Source: Vulcanimicrobiota bacterium (GTDB taxonomy: Bacteria > Vulcanimicrobiota > Vulcanimicrobiia > Eremiobacterales > Eremiobacteraceae). From it: a stretch of 64,000 nucleotides of DNA. The number at the start of each line of letters is the position of its first letter. The stretch's first letter is position 1. Positions 1-14,732 of the stretch are shown one piece after another. The translations under genes and the position numbers were made by a program. The DNA is taken from NCBI GenBank assembly GCA_963812135.1, contig CAWETU010000001.1:288001-352000 (forward strand), in the 5' to 3' direction. The notes below the pieces were generated by a model, which saw nothing but the letters and a program-made list of their open reading frames with translations, made no database searches and had not been told where the DNA came from.

Positions 1-508
1 GGTAGTCGGTGAACGCCTTCATCGCATCGGTTTGGATCTTCTGCGCCTGGACGCCGAGCTGCTGGCCGATCGGCGCCGACCCGCCCGACGCCTGGGCTTG
101 CAACGCGGCCATGGCCGCAGCTTCGCGCTGGCCGTAGTACGTGCGCCGCGCGTTCATCTGCGTTTGGAACTGCTGGTCTGCGACCGCCAGCTGCGCTTCC
201 ATATCCGCTTGCGCTTGGCGCTGCACGTCGGTCTGCGGCACCGGCGCGTTTTGCGCCTGGCCGTTGAGCAGCGTGATCTGCGCCTGCAGCGTGTCCAGTT
301 CGGTATGCAGCGGATGCGCTTCGACGACTTTGTCGAGGTCGACATACCCCGCGCCGCCGCCGCGGCTCCCGAACGGCGACGCGCCGTGCGTGCAGCCCGC
401 CAACGCGAGCGCGACGCACGCCGCGACCGCGATCGCTCGTATGGAGCGCTCCGTGCGAGCGCTATCGTGTGCCGGCCGAGCCTTGCGAGCTCGGAGATCC
501 AAGTCCAC
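1..508 (-). CDS. OmpH/Skp-like lipoprotein (partial, runs off the left edge)
   Basis: Manual translation from GTG at 508: MDLDLRARK...VALALAGC (lipobox), then GYVDLDKVVEAHP (OmpH-type start motif) and a Gln/Ala-rich coiled coil; directly downstream of another OmpH gene. Confidence 0.7.
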   Translation of the reverse strand, partial: MDLDLRARKARPAHDSARTERSIRAIAVAACVALALAGCTHGASPFGSRGGGAGYVDLDKVVEAHPLHTELDTLQAQITLLNGQAQNAPVPQTDVQRQAQADMEAQLAVADQQFQTQMNARRTYYGQREAAAMAALQAQASGGSAPIGQQLGVQAQKIQTDAMKAFTDY

Positions 509-514
509 CAACCG

Positions 515-1309
515 CTACTTGATCAGCGCGAGCACGTCTGACGTCACGTCGGTGCCCCCGTAGACGCGGTCGGCCTGATCCACCACGAGCAGCAGCTTCT
601 TCTTTTTCGCGACGTCGGAGATGGCTTTTTGGATCTCGTCGTTGAGCGGCTGGATGTCTTTCTTCTGCTCGTCCTTGAGCTGGTTGTTGAACTGCTGGAC
701 GATCGCAACTTGCTCGGCCTGGCTCTTGCCGGCGAGTTGCTTGTTGAGATCCTGGCCGAGACGCGTCCGCGCGGCCTGGAACGCATCGGCTGCAGCCTTC
801 GCCTTCGGCAACGCGTCGATCTGCGTCTGATCCACGTAGCCGATCGAGGACGGCGGCGGCGTCTGCACCGGCGGCACGATGACGCCTTGCTGGCCGATCG
901 TCGTGAGCACGTCCTTGGTGATATCCTGGCCGCCGAAGATCACGATCTGCTTGTCGACCACGATGCTCAGGCTCTTCTGCGCAGCGACGAGCGCGATCGC
1001 GGTTTGCGCGCGGCCGAGCAGCGGGTCGAACATCTCGTGCTGTTTGGCGGCGAGCCGCTGGTTGAAGTCGGCGTAGATGCGCTGCTGATCCGACTGGCTC
1101 TTGCCTTTGATCGCCGCTTGGAACTCGCGCGCGGTCGTGTCGCGGAACTGCGAGAACTGCTGCTGCGCGGCGACGAATTGCGGCAAGCTGCCGATGGCGG
1201 CTTGATCGACGAACCCGATGTCGAGCACGTCGGTCGCGAGGGCCTGCGGGGCGAGCGCTATGGCGGCGACGATCGCGAACGCGATCGCCGAAACGAAGCG
1301 TATGTGCAT
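515..1309 (-). CDS. skp: OmpH/Skp family periplasmic chaperone with two tandem domains
   Basis: Signal peptide; two repeats of IG(F/Y)VDQ...coiled coil...VVD..V.(F/Y)GG.D(I/V)T.DVL; downstream of bamA. Confidence 0.85.
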   Translation of the reverse strand: MHIRFVSAIAFAIVAAIALAPQALATDVLDIGFVDQAAIGSLPQFVAAQQQFSQFRDTTAREFQAAIKGKSQSDQQRIYADFNQRLAAKQHEMFDPLLGRAQTAIALVAAQKSLSIVVDKQIVIFGGQDITKDVLTTIGQQGVIVPPVQTPPPSSIGYVDQTQIDALPKAKAAADAFQAARTRLGQDLNKQLAGKSQAEQVAIVQQFNNQLKDEQKKDIQPLNDEIQKAISDVAKKKKLLLVVDQADRVYGGTDVTSDVLALIK

Positions 1310-1324
1310 TGTCTTATGGTTCTC

Positions 1325-3571
1325 CTAGAATGCTTGGCCGAAGCCGAACGAGATATGACTGCCTTGCTGGCTGGTGGCCAGGTCGATACGGATCTGCTGC
1401 GGCAGAATGGGCGTGGTCAGACGGATGCCGAACCCGACATCCGTCAAGAAGCTATACGGCAGCTGCCGGTAAGTGAACGGTTGAATCGGTCCGATCGTGA
1501 CCGGGGCGTGCGGACCCGACGGCGGTACCGGCGTCGGCGCTGGCGTCGGACCTGGGACCGCCTGGATATACGGCGCGGCGCCGGTATCGGTGAACAACAC
1601 GACCTGCAGTTTGTGGTCCGAGGTCACCGGCAAACGCAGCTCGGCTTGCCCGAGCAGCTCACGGCTGCCGTAGTAGACGAATTTCGTGCCGCGCAGCTGC
1701 TGGTCGGAGAGGCTGAACAGCTCGTTGTACGGCAGCGATGTGCCGCCGCTCGAGAAACCATACACGAAGTTGAAGCCGAAGGTCGAGTGCCGGCGCACCG
1801 GATAGAACCGCGTGAGCTGGAAGATGCCTTTGTTGTAGTGGAAGTCCGATCCGAGGAACGGCAGCGCGGCCTCATCGTAGATCGACGTCACGCCGCCGTA
1901 GCGAGGATTTTGGACATCGTCTCGATTGTCGCGCACCAGGCTCGCGTTGATCGAGCGCAGCGCCTGCGCCGGCTGGCTGCCGCCGACGGTCACGCCGGCG
2001 CCGGGCGTTGTCACGCCAAGCGTCGTTTGGTCGAGCAACGATTGCGGGAAGCCTTGCGCGGTGAACTCTTGGGAAAGCCGCGTCGCCGAGATGCCGTAGT
2101 ACAGACGCGTGTAATCGGCGACCGGATGGCCGGTCGTGATCGCGATGCCTGCCTGGCGCGACGAGAAGTCGGCGAACTGACTCGAGCACGGCGTCGAACT
2201 CGACTGGCACACCGTCGTGAGCCCCGGTACGGGCGTCGCCGTCAGCGGTCCGGTGGTCACCACGCCGCCGGGCGGCGAGAGCGAGTAGAACGGATTGTTG
2301 CCCGACTCTTTGTACACCGGGTACGGCTGGTTGGTCACGACGTTGTTGAAGATGTTCACCGATAACGACGTCGCCTTGAACTTTTTCAGGTACGGAACGG
2401 TGATGCCGAAGTTCACGTTGGACGTGTATTGGCCGCGCGACGCCGAGATCGACGCGCCGTTGCCGGTGCCGTCCACGTTGCTCTCCGAGTAGGAGATGTT
2501 GCCCGACAAGCCCTGGCCGTACGTGCCGCCGCCGCCGTAGCTCAAGCCGACGCTTGCGGTGCCGGTGCGTTGCTCTTGCACCGTCCACACGAGCGTGACG
2601 TAGCCGCACTTGTCGCCGAACGGCTTGATCGATAGGTCGACGGTCTTGAAGAACTGCGTGTTGTTTATCGCCTCGTAATCGCGGCGCAGGCGGTTGTCGG
2701 TGATGAGATCGCCCGGCTTGAGCAGCAAGAGGCGGCGGATGACATAGTCCTTTGTCTTCGAATTGCCGAGGATCTCGACCGCGCCGACCTTGGACTCGCA
2801 CACCGATACGTCGACGACGCCGGCGCTGTTGGGATCGACGCTGCCGTCAACGATCGCGGAGAAACCGAGATCCTTGTACAGGTTTTGGATCGCTTGCAGG
2901 TCGTCGCCGAATGTCTGCTGCGAGAACGTCGAGCCGGGTTTGGTCTTCATCACCGCGAGGATCGCAGGCGTGCGGATGATCTCGTTGCCTTTGACGTCGA
3001 TCTTCGTGACGGTGACGCCTTCTTTGACGTCGATGAGCAGGTGGCCGTCGGGATCGATATGGATGTTCTTGACGTGGCGGGTACCCGTGTAGCCAAGCTT
3101 GTCGTAATATGAATTGATCTTCGCGACGTCGTCGCGCAGCGTGTTGGTGTCGAGCACCGAACCGGTCGACGTGTCCATGAGCGCGGTCAAGATGTCGCTC
3201 GAGACGTGCGTGTTGCCGTCGAACGTGATCTTCGAGATGACGGGATTTTCGATGACGATGAACGTGACGGCGATGCCGCCGGGCGCGGCGCGCAGATCGG
3301 TCTTCACGTCGGAGAAATAACCGAGCCCGAGGATCGCGTTCTGATCCGCCGCGATCTGCTTCGTGTCGAGCGGCGCGCCGGGCCGCGTCTTGATCACGGC
3401 GCCGATCTTATCGGTCGGGATGTGCGTGTTGCCTTTGATGTTGACCGCGGTGACGATCGGGGTGGGCGCCGCGGGCGTGGCCTGCGGAATGAAGGCCACC
3501 GCGAGGGCTGCTGCGGCGAGCACCACAGCCGCACTCCGCATGACGAAAGGCAACAGTTGGGAACTCCTCAT
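1325..3571 (-). CDS. bamA: Omp85/BamA outer membrane protein assembly factor
   Basis: Signal peptide, about 4 POTRA repeats (IKGNTHI, FDGNTHV, VKGNEII, ILGNSKTKDYVIRR), QLRG motif, C-terminal ISFGFGQAF; start codon uncertain (3571 or 3541). Confidence 0.9.
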   Translation of the reverse strand: MRSSQLLPFVMRSAAVVLAAAALAVAFIPQATPAAPTPIVTAVNIKGNTHIPTDKIGAVIKTRPGAPLDTKQIAADQNAILGLGYFSDVKTDLRAAPGGIAVTFIVIENPVISKITFDGNTHVSSDILTALMDTSTGSVLDTNTLRDDVAKINSYYDKLGYTGTRHVKNIHIDPDGHLLIDVKEGVTVTKIDVKGNEIIRTPAILAVMKTKPGSTFSQQTFGDDLQAIQNLYKDLGFSAIVDGSVDPNSAGVVDVSVCESKVGAVEILGNSKTKDYVIRRLLLLKPGDLITDNRLRRDYEAINNTQFFKTVDLSIKPFGDKCGYVTLVWTVQEQRTGTASVGLSYGGGGTYGQGLSGNISYSESNVDGTGNGASISASRGQYTSNVNFGITVPYLKKFKATSLSVNIFNNVVTNQPYPVYKESGNNPFYSLSPPGGVVTTGPLTATPVPGLTTVCQSSSTPCSSQFADFSSRQAGIAITTGHPVADYTRLYYGISATRLSQEFTAQGFPQSLLDQTTLGVTTPGAGVTVGGSQPAQALRSINASLVRDNRDDVQNPRYGGVTSIYDEAALPFLGSDFHYNKGIFQLTRFYPVRRHSTFGFNFVYGFSSGGTSLPYNELFSLSDQQLRGTKFVYYGSRELLGQAELRLPVTSDHKLQVVLFTDTGAAPYIQAVPGPTPAPTPVPPSGPHAPVTIGPIQPFTYRQLPYSFLTDVGFGIRLTTPILPQQIRIDLATSQQGSHISFGFGQAF

Positions 3572-3743
3572 CAAACGTGCCGACCCGCTGACGCGCCCCT
3601 CCTGGGCAGACAACCGAGCGGGCGGCGGCCCAGTTTTTGCCGCCGCCCGCGAGAGCTTTTCCGGGCCGCGTTGGGTTTGGTTTGAGTGGCCAGGCTTCCC
3701 ACGCTTTTAGGGACATTCCTGCCCGGCGGCCCATTCGTGGGCC

Positions 3744-6700
3744 TCACTTGAACGTCACACGCACGCGTATGTCGTACGAGATGAATCCGCTCGGCGCAGT
3801 CGTCGACGCGAAATCGAGCGCCGCGTAGTCGCGCACGTAGTACGACGTCCCCCAATACTGCGTGATGGGCTGCGTCGTGGTGGAGCCGTAGAGCAGCGCG
3901 ACCGTCGGCGAGACGAACTTGCGCACCTCGATGACGATCTGACCCTGGGTATTGAATGAGAACGACACTTCCTCGATATTCAGCGACTGCGACAACGCGC
4001 TCGAGAGCGGCGCGAGGAAGCTGCGCGTCAGCTCCGCGCCGAGCAAGCGCTGCGCGCCGGCGCCTAATGTCTGCTGGTTGATGCCGCCCGTGAGCGCGCC
4101 GACGTCCGAGCCGGTCAAGATCGTCGCCACGATCCCTTCAGGCGTTTGGCCTTGGCTTGACGAGAGCACCGTGTTCAGACGATCGATGCGCCCGGTGACG
4201 TCCATCGTGATCCGGTCGCCGCCGATCGTCGTCGAGGCACGCGCGTCGAGCGACGGCAAGACGCCCTGATCGGGACTGAACGAGAGGACGCCGCGCTCGA
4301 CGCGGAAGGTGACGCCGTACGCGCCGATGGTGCCGCGCTTGGAGAGAAATTCGCCGGCGAGCTGCGGGTCGCGCACGGAGCCGTCGATCGCGAGCGTGCC
4401 GTCCGTCGTCAAGTCGACCGCACCGCCGCGCACGCGCACGTTGTTGGCTTTCGCGGTCACCTGCAGATTGACCGACGGCAGATCGAAGATGGTGGGCGCC
4501 GGCGTCTGCAGCGCGGCCGGCGTGAGCAGATGCAAGCCCGGCGGATACACGCCGCCGCCATACGCGATCATGTGGCCCGGCAACACCGCCGGCACGCCCG
4601 GGATGTTCGTGGTCGGCGGCGGACCCGAGGTGTCGCCGAGCATCGTCGCCACCTGTACGATGGCGGAGAGCGGAATCGCGCCGTCGCGCAACGCGACATC
4701 CCCGTAGAACAGCGGCGTCGACCCTGATTTCGACAGACCGAGGTCGCCGTTCACCGTGCCCGAGATCCAATTCGGCATCGCGAGTGGAAAATTGATCGCA
4801 TGCAACGTCGCGTAATAGGCGAGACCCGGCGTGTGCCGCAAGCCGACCGCGGGGACGATGTACGCGGCGCCGCTTCCGCCGAACGTGCCCTTGCCTGCTT
4901 TGCCGGTGAGATTGGAAAGCGTGATCGCGTCCTGCGACAACGCGAGATCGGCGCCGATCGCTTCGAGCGGCACGGTCTGATATCGCGGCGATACGACGGA
5001 ACCCTGGCGCAGATGCGCCGAGCCGGCGACGCGCGGACTGCCCGCGGTGCCGCTCATCGACGCGTTGGCGTCGAGCATGCCGCCGACCGTGCCGAACTGT
5101 TTGAGCAGCGGATCGAACGCCGCCATGTCCACATGCGTCGCCTGTACGCGCAAGTCGATCGGCCGGCGCGGCGGTCCCAGCGCGAACGGCACGAGTTCGA
5201 GCGGCAATGTTCCGGCAAGCGTCACGCTGCCGTGGCCGTGCGCCAGACGCAATTCCGTATCGCCGATCGCGAGCTCGTTCTTCGAGTAGGTGGCGCGCGC
5301 TGCGAGCTGATCGTACGCGACGCCGAACAGCGTGCCCGGCGCGGCGTTCACCGTGCCGTGCAACACCGGCAGCCGCACGGTACCGGCGACTTGCAGCTGT
5401 GCCTGCGCGCTGCCGCTCACGTCGCCGCTGCGGCCCGCAAGCGCCGCGAGGCCGCTCAAATCGGTGATCGAGATCTGCGCGTCGCCGGCGATCGCGCCGC
5501 TGGGGGCGAAACTTCCGTTCGCGCTCGCATGGCCGAACGGCACCTCGACGTACGCATCGCGCAGCGAGACGCGCGTGCCGTCGCTGACGAGTCGAGCCCG
5601 CGCGGTTCGCACCGGCACTTTGTTCACGTAGCCCTCGCGCACCGCGAAGGCGACGTCGACCGACGGCCGGCGGAAGCTGCCGCCGACACTGCCGTCCGCA
5701 TCCATCAAGCCGCGCATGCCGACATCTTCAAGCCCGGTGAGGCGGGCCACCAATCCGAGATCGATGTTCGTCGCGCGTGCGCCGAAGCGATAGGTCGCGC
5801 TCTGGACGTCCGGGATCGCGGCCGCGTGGCCGTGAAACGTGATGTCGCCGGCGAGCGTGCTCGCGCCGAGCTCGCCTTGTTGCGCGAGATCGAGGTGCAG
5901 CGCGTCCGTGCCGACGCCGCGCAGCGACAGATCCACCTGGCCAAGCGGAATGCCGGCGACCTGTGCGTCCGAGAGCACGACGTGCCCGCGCGCGTTGACG
6001 CTGCCCGGTGCGAGCGCCAGCGAGAGCGTCGCGGGGCCGATGCCCTCGAGCACGTCGCGCCCTTCGAAGAAATCATTGATATCGGACAGATCGATGTGCG
6101 TGCTTGCGACGTGAACGCTCGCCTCGCGCGGCGAGTAACTGCCGCCAAACGCGAGGCGCGTGTCGCCATGCTGGGTCGAGCCGTTGCGGATGGTGATCCC
6201 GCCGTCGCGATACGCAAACGTGCTCGCGTTTCCGAGCAGCGTGACGCCGCGCAACGTCGCGGCGCCGCTTGCGAGCGATCCGGCGACGTGCGGCGCGTTT
6301 GCGTTCCCGGCAATCGTCATGTGCGCATCAAACGCGCCGGTCACCGGCATCGCCGGCGGCAGATAGCCCTGGACGATCGCGAGATTTCCGTCGTTCACCG
6401 CCGCGGTCGCGTCGAGCGCGACGTCGCGCAATGATGCGCTCGGCGCGATGCCGCGCGCCGAACCGCGCAGTTGCACGCGCGTGCCCGCGACGTCGACGTT
6501 GCCTGACGCGCGCAGGACGCTGCCAGCGAACGCGAGATCGGCCGATGCGTCAAGCGGCATGCGCCCGTAGCGCCCGCCCGCAACCGACACGCCGGCCGAC
6601 AGATCCGGTCCGTGCTTCGTCGTCGCGATGGTGCCGATCAGCACCGCCGTGCCAGCATCAAGGGGCGATCCGCTCTGGCGCAACGCGCGCATATCGATCC

Positions 6701-8940
6701 CGCTCGCGAAGACGTCGGAGCGAGCGGTGGTGCCGATCGCGGCGATCGTGCCGCCCAATGCGCCGCCGTCGAGCGCGTAGCGCAACGGCTGACGTCCGCC
6801 TGCGGTCGCGTTGAGCGTCGCGCCGCGCAAAGGCACGCCGGCCAACGTCGCGTCGCCGTCGCGCGTCGCGACCGACGCGGCCCAGCCGGTGTCGCTCATG
6901 GCCGCTTCGAAATCGCCTCGTAGGCTGCCGCCCAACGAGACACCGGGCACCGATGGCGCATTGGCCAGATCGATCGCGCCGCTCCCGCGAAGTTCGGCGG
7001 CCGCGTGCAACGTGTTCATGTTCACGGCAGCGATACCGGACGCGCGCATCGTCGCATCGCGTCCGCGCAGCGTGAACGCATCAAGCGAGATGCGCGGACC
7101 ATTACCATGCGCCCGGAGCGCGACGTCGTCGATGCGCTCCGCGCCGAAAACAACGCGCCGCCCGTGCATGTCGATAGCGGTCTGCAAGTCGCCGCCGGGC
7201 GGGTCCGCACCGCGCACCAGCGCGACGCCGTCGAAGATCCCGGCGACGCGCGGCAGCGAGATGGGTGCGGCGATTCCCGGGCAGCGATGCTGCTCCGGCG
7301 CTGAGCTCCACCGGAGCATGCGACGCGATGACGCTCGCGAAGAGCGCTCGGTCGGCCGGATTTGAATGGTCGTATGCGGTGCGCGCGCTCACGTCGCCCC
7401 CCGGCCACGCGACGAGCAGTGCGCCGACCGCCGACCTGCCGAATGTGCCGCCTGCCGCTGCCGTGGCGACCGCACCGCGGCCGCCAAGCGTCCGGGCGAA
7501 GACGTTGAACTCAGCGCTGCTCGGAGAACCGTCGATCGAGAGCAGCGTCGCGATGTCGCCGCCGCGATTGAGATTGACGATCACCGGCACGTCCGCGCTC
7601 GGCATGCGCGCGCGCACGATAGCCTGGATTTCGGGTTCGCTTGCCGTGAGCGCGACGTCGCCGTCCGCCCATACGTGGCCGCGGTCGTACTGCGCATCGA
7701 CCTGCGGCATCGTCACGTGGTTGTTCTGATAGTAGAAAGCGGCGTGCGCCGCACGCACGGGGATGCCGAGGACATGCGCGTCGCCCGGCGCGGCGATGGC
7801 GCCGGCCACGTGGACGTCGTGCAGCAGGCCGTCGACACGCAGCCGCCCGTCGAAGCCGCCGTCCAACGCGCTCGTGCGCGCGAACGTCAGCAAGTGTTTC
7901 CCGTCGCGCAAATCGCCGCGCGTGCGCGCGCTGAATGCGAGGCGCACGCCGTCGACGAGACGGATGCTGCCCGCTGCGATGACCGGCAGCCGCGCGGCGG
8001 TGCCGGTGAGCGAGGCAAATCCGAGGTAGCCGCCGCCGAGCGTGAGCGCTCCGCGCATGTCGCGTACCGGCACATCGAGCGGCACGACGCGGAACTGGCC
8101 GCCGGTCAGCTCGGCTCGGGCGCTCGCGTGCCACGTCGGTCCAGTACTGCTCGAGTAGCCCGCATCGTACGCGCGGATCGTCACGTCCGCGACGCCGCGC
8201 TCCGCCGCGAACAACGGCGTTGAGATGAACGCGTCGAGGGGCGGCGCGACCGCGGCGCCCCGCGCCACGAACTGCGCTTGCGCAAAACCTACCGTGTCGT
8301 CTTCGGATACGGCCCCACGGATCACGGTGGTGGCTCCTTCGGCCGCGTATCGCGCGAACGCACGGCCCACGAGCCGTCCGCCATGCGCGTCGGCGGCGAG
8401 CTGGACATCGGTCACCGAGAACGCGCGCCCCGGTCGCGCGAACGCCGTCGGGTTCTCGACGTCGACTTGGCCGGCGGTTAGGCGAAACGTGAGTTCCAGC
8501 GGCGGCAGCGGGTTGGCATGTGGCGCAACGGCCGCCGACGGCGCCCCGGCGCGAGGCGCGAACGGGGAGAGATTCGTCGAGCCGTCCGGCAGCACGAAGA
8601 TACGCAGTGCAGGGCGCGTGATATCGAGCGCGCGGATGCCGTAGCGCCGGTCGCTGCGTCCGATCAGCACGCGCCAGTCGTAGTCGACGGTCAAGCGGTC
8701 GGCGGACAACACGCGCCCGTGCCGGTCGTCGATCTGCAGCCCGGTCGCGGTCAAGCGGTCGCTCGCCACGCGCAGATCGCCTCGGGCGAGGTACATCCCG
8801 TGCCAAGCGAGGTACGCCGAGAACGCGCCGCGCGCCAGTACCGACCGCGGGCCTTCGAAGCTCAGCGCCAGTATGAGGAGCGCCGCCACGGCCACGGTCG
8901 CCAGCACGGCGCGGAGCGCGAAAACCCGACGGGAAGCCAT
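3744..8940 (-). CDS. tamB: TamB/AsmA-like translocation and assembly module protein, split by one apparent frameshift near 7278
   Basis: ORFs 7102..8940 (N-terminal TM anchor) and 3744..7319 (beta-taco repeats, DUF490-like C-terminus) join as ...SLPG/IAAPISLP if one base is removed (5196 nt = 1732 codons); upstream of bamA. Confidence 0.8.
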
Positions 8941-9033
8941 CTACAGGACCCTATTCCCCTTTATGCCTGCGCGCACATGGCGGGGCGGCCTCTGGGACGT
9001 CACACCCTGGCCGCGCAGATATAAATGAAGATT

Positions 9034-10698
9034 CTAGATCGACCACTCCCAGGTGTTCCAGAACTGGGTCACCGCGTGGGCCGGCTTAAAACCCTTGAAA
9101 TCGGTGTTGTAGACGTTGACGCGCCGGCTGAACCAGACGACCAAGAACGGCTGGTCGACCGAGAGCCAGCGCTGGATCTCGTCGTACGCTTTCTTGCGCG
9201 TGGGTTGGTCGTACGAGCTCAACGCGATACGCTCGGCCGCGTCGAGCTTCGGATTGCAATAATGATAGACGTTCTGCCCGACGGGCGGCCACTGATCGCA
9301 CATCGTGAAGACGGAGTCGTCGGGATCGACACCGTTGACCCATGAGAAGAACGCGACGTCGAACTTGCCGGTTTGGATGATCCCGCCTTCCGCGTAGTTC
9401 GCAAAACCAATGGCTTGGCTATACCGTTTTACCGCCAAGTCGACGCCGACGGCTTTCCAGTTCTGCTGCAAGACACCGAACACGACGGTCTCGATCGCGG
9501 AGCCGGCGGTACCTGCGGCGATCAGCTCGAGCTTCTGGCCAGCCTTGTAGCGATACCCGTCTGCGCCGAGTTTCCAGCCCGCGGCGTCCAGCAACGCGCC
9601 GGCGCGCGCAGGATCGTACGGATATTTCGCGACGTCTGGATTGTATGCCCATAAGAACGCGGGTTGGTCACTGTCCGAGGGCAAGGGGACGCCGTGTGCG
9701 GCTTTGTTGATGATGCTGTCGCGATCGGTGGCGTACGCGAGCGCCTGACGCACGCGCACGTCGCGCAGGCTCGGGCGCGCGATGTTGTAGCCGAGCATGG
9801 CGAACGCGGTGAACGGATTGAGGTTCACGTTCACTCCATCGATGGTCCGTAGCTCCGACACCAGCGATTGCGACGCCCCATACGTGAAATCGATCTCGTG
9901 CGTGCGCAGCTGCGTGAGGAGCGTCTCGTCGTTGGGGATGATATGGTACTCGATGGTCTTGAGCTTCGGCGGTCCGCGCCAGTAGTGGGGATTCGCGACG
10001 AGCGTGATCGAGCTGCCCTTGTGCCACTCGACGACTTTGAACGGTCCGGTGCCGACCGGCAGATTGTTGTATGCCGCGCGGTTGATATCGGACATGCCCG
10101 AGAGCAGATGCTTGGGCAGGATGGAGTACGGGGTGCTGCTCATCGTGAAAAACGTCGCGACGAACGGCGCGTATGGGTGTTTCAAATGAACGACGATCGT
10201 GTGGTCGTCGCGTTTGTCGATGCGGCTGATCAAATCGTAACCCAAACGCCCGCCGACGTTGTTGTTCGGATTCATCACTTGTTGCCAGGTGAAGATGACG
10301 TCGTCGGCGCCGTACGGCGCGCCATCCTGCCATGTCACGCCGGGGCGAAGATGGTAGGTGATGGCGAGCCCGTCCTTGCTGATGCCGCCGTTGTTCAGCG
10401 ACGGGACTTGCGTCGCGAGTTCGGGCACCCACTGGTTTTCGTCGCTCCAATTGAAGAGATAGCCCGACCAGAACATCGAGATCTCGATCGTGGTCTGATC
10501 GGTCGTCAGCAACGGGTTCAAGTTGGCGGGATCGAAGTTCTCGCCCATGCGCAGCACGCCGTGATGCGTATACGCGTGCGCGCCGCCAGGCGGCCCTGTC
10601 TGCGTGCTGACCTTGGTGCATGCGAGCGGTACGAGCGCGATCGCCGCGCAGATACACGTGAGCGACGCGCGCGACAACGAGCGAGCCATGACGTTCAT
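9034..10698 (-). CDS. Peptide/nickel ABC transporter substrate-binding lipoprotein (SBP family 5)
   Basis: ATG at 10698 overlaps the hpnI stop (ATGA); lipobox-like VPLAC; motifs ITYHLRPGVTWQDG and PVGTGPFKV; C-terminal FWNTWEW. Confidence 0.9.
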   Translation of the reverse strand: MNVMARSLSRASLTCICAAIALVPLACTKVSTQTGPPGGAHAYTHHGVLRMGENFDPANLNPLLTTDQTTIEISMFWSGYLFNWSDENQWVPELATQVPSLNNGGISKDGLAITYHLRPGVTWQDGAPYGADDVIFTWQQVMNPNNNVGGRLGYDLISRIDKRDDHTIVVHLKHPYAPFVATFFTMSSTPYSILPKHLLSGMSDINRAAYNNLPVGTGPFKVVEWHKGSSITLVANPHYWRGPPKLKTIEYHIIPNDETLLTQLRTHEIDFTYGASQSLVSELRTIDGVNVNLNPFTAFAMLGYNIARPSLRDVRVRQALAYATDRDSIINKAAHGVPLPSDSDQPAFLWAYNPDVAKYPYDPARAGALLDAAGWKLGADGYRYKAGQKLELIAAGTAGSAIETVVFGVLQQNWKAVGVDLAVKRYSQAIGFANYAEGGIIQTGKFDVAFFSWVNGVDPDDSVFTMCDQWPPVGQNVYHYCNPKLDAAERIALSSYDQPTRKKAYDEIQRWLSVDQPFLVVWFSRRVNVYNTDFKGFKPAHAVTQFWNTWEWSI

Positions 10699-11908
10699 CG
10701 GCGAGCCTCCGTTTCGTCGGCAGCAGTTTGGGCAGCGCGGGTGTGTGGCCTCTGCGGCACGGCGGCGACGATGCGTCCTCGGGCGTCGATGCGCAGCGCC
10801 CGATCGCGCCAACGCACGCCTCGGCCGAAGAAGCTGCACGCCCACACGGCCAGGCCCATGACGTCGCGCAGCGGCACGAGCCACAACGGATCGCGACCGC
10901 GCGCGCGCAGCCCGGCCCTCGACGCGTAATGCGACGCGACGCGCAGCGCCACAGCGGCTCCGAGGATCGCCATGGCGAGCGTTGTGCTCCCCGCGACGAG
11001 CAGGTAGACCAGGGCCGGCGGCCAGACGAACGTGATGAAGTAGCCCATGTATCCCCAGGGGCGAGCGGCGCGGCTGGTACGCGCCCAGCGCAGTTCGTGC
11101 GACCACAGCGCGTGCATCGTCGGCTCGTCGACGATATGATCGACGACGTACGGCGCGATTTCGACGCGTAACCCGCCGCGGCTGATTAGTTCGCCCAGCA
11201 TTTGATCATCGGCGAGGAAGTCCGACAGCGCCGCGAAGCCGCCGATGGCGTCCAATGCACGGCGCGTCACCGCCATCGTCGCACCCAGACAAAAACGCAC
11301 GCCGCCGCCGGCGGCCACGAGAACCGACGGGATGAACTGATCGTCGATCATAAGCGCGCCGAGCGCCGACGCGATGCCCGCACGCGGCGCGCCGCGATAG
11401 ACGCAGGTAGCCGCGCCGACGTCGTCGTCCGCAAACGCGCTCGCGACGGCGCGCAGGTAGCCAGCGTCGACGCGCGTGTCGCTGTCGGCGACGACGAGCA
11501 GCTCGTGCGCTGCCGACTTCACCATCTCCATAAGCTGCGCGACTTTGAGATTCCGAGCCGACGCCGCGCGCCCGGTGACGAGCACGATCGCCCGGCCGGG
11601 AAACGCGCGCGCGACGTCCGCGATGACCGCGGCCGCGGGATCGTCGGCTTGCGGGATGCCGAACACGACTTGGAATTGTGGATAGTCTTGCGCGCAAAAC
11701 GTGCAGAGATTCTCGTAGAGGCCCGCTTCGAGCCCGGCGACCGGCTTGAGTATCGTGATCGCGGGTGAGGGAGCGGTCGAGTTTACTCGACCGTTCTCGT
11801 ACGCCTTGAGCCGCGCGCCGAACGCGAGCATGCGAGCGAGCGCGATCACGGCGTACGCGAGCGCGCAGGCGCACAGCGCGAGCAGCGTGTACGCGACGAG
11901 CGCGTGCG

Positions 11909-11912
<4 letters not shown>
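10695..11912 (-). CDS. hpnI: HpnI-like GT2 glycosyltransferase (hopanoid/ceramide glucosyltransferase family)
   Basis: ILKPVAG, NLKV, VVADSD, LADD, ELRWART motifs with N- and C-terminal TM helices; adjacent to hpnK. Confidence 0.85.
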
Positions 11913-14661
<2,749 letters not shown>

Positions 14662-14732
14662 TCACAAAGCGGGCGAGCCACGCTCGCCCTGCTCCAGAAA
14701 TACCGTTCGACTCGATATTTTTGATGAGGTCG

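Noticed and set aside
7260..7300. Programmed frameshift in tamB
   Set aside because: No canonical slippery heptamer with stimulatory structure; same signature as the other probable assembly indels
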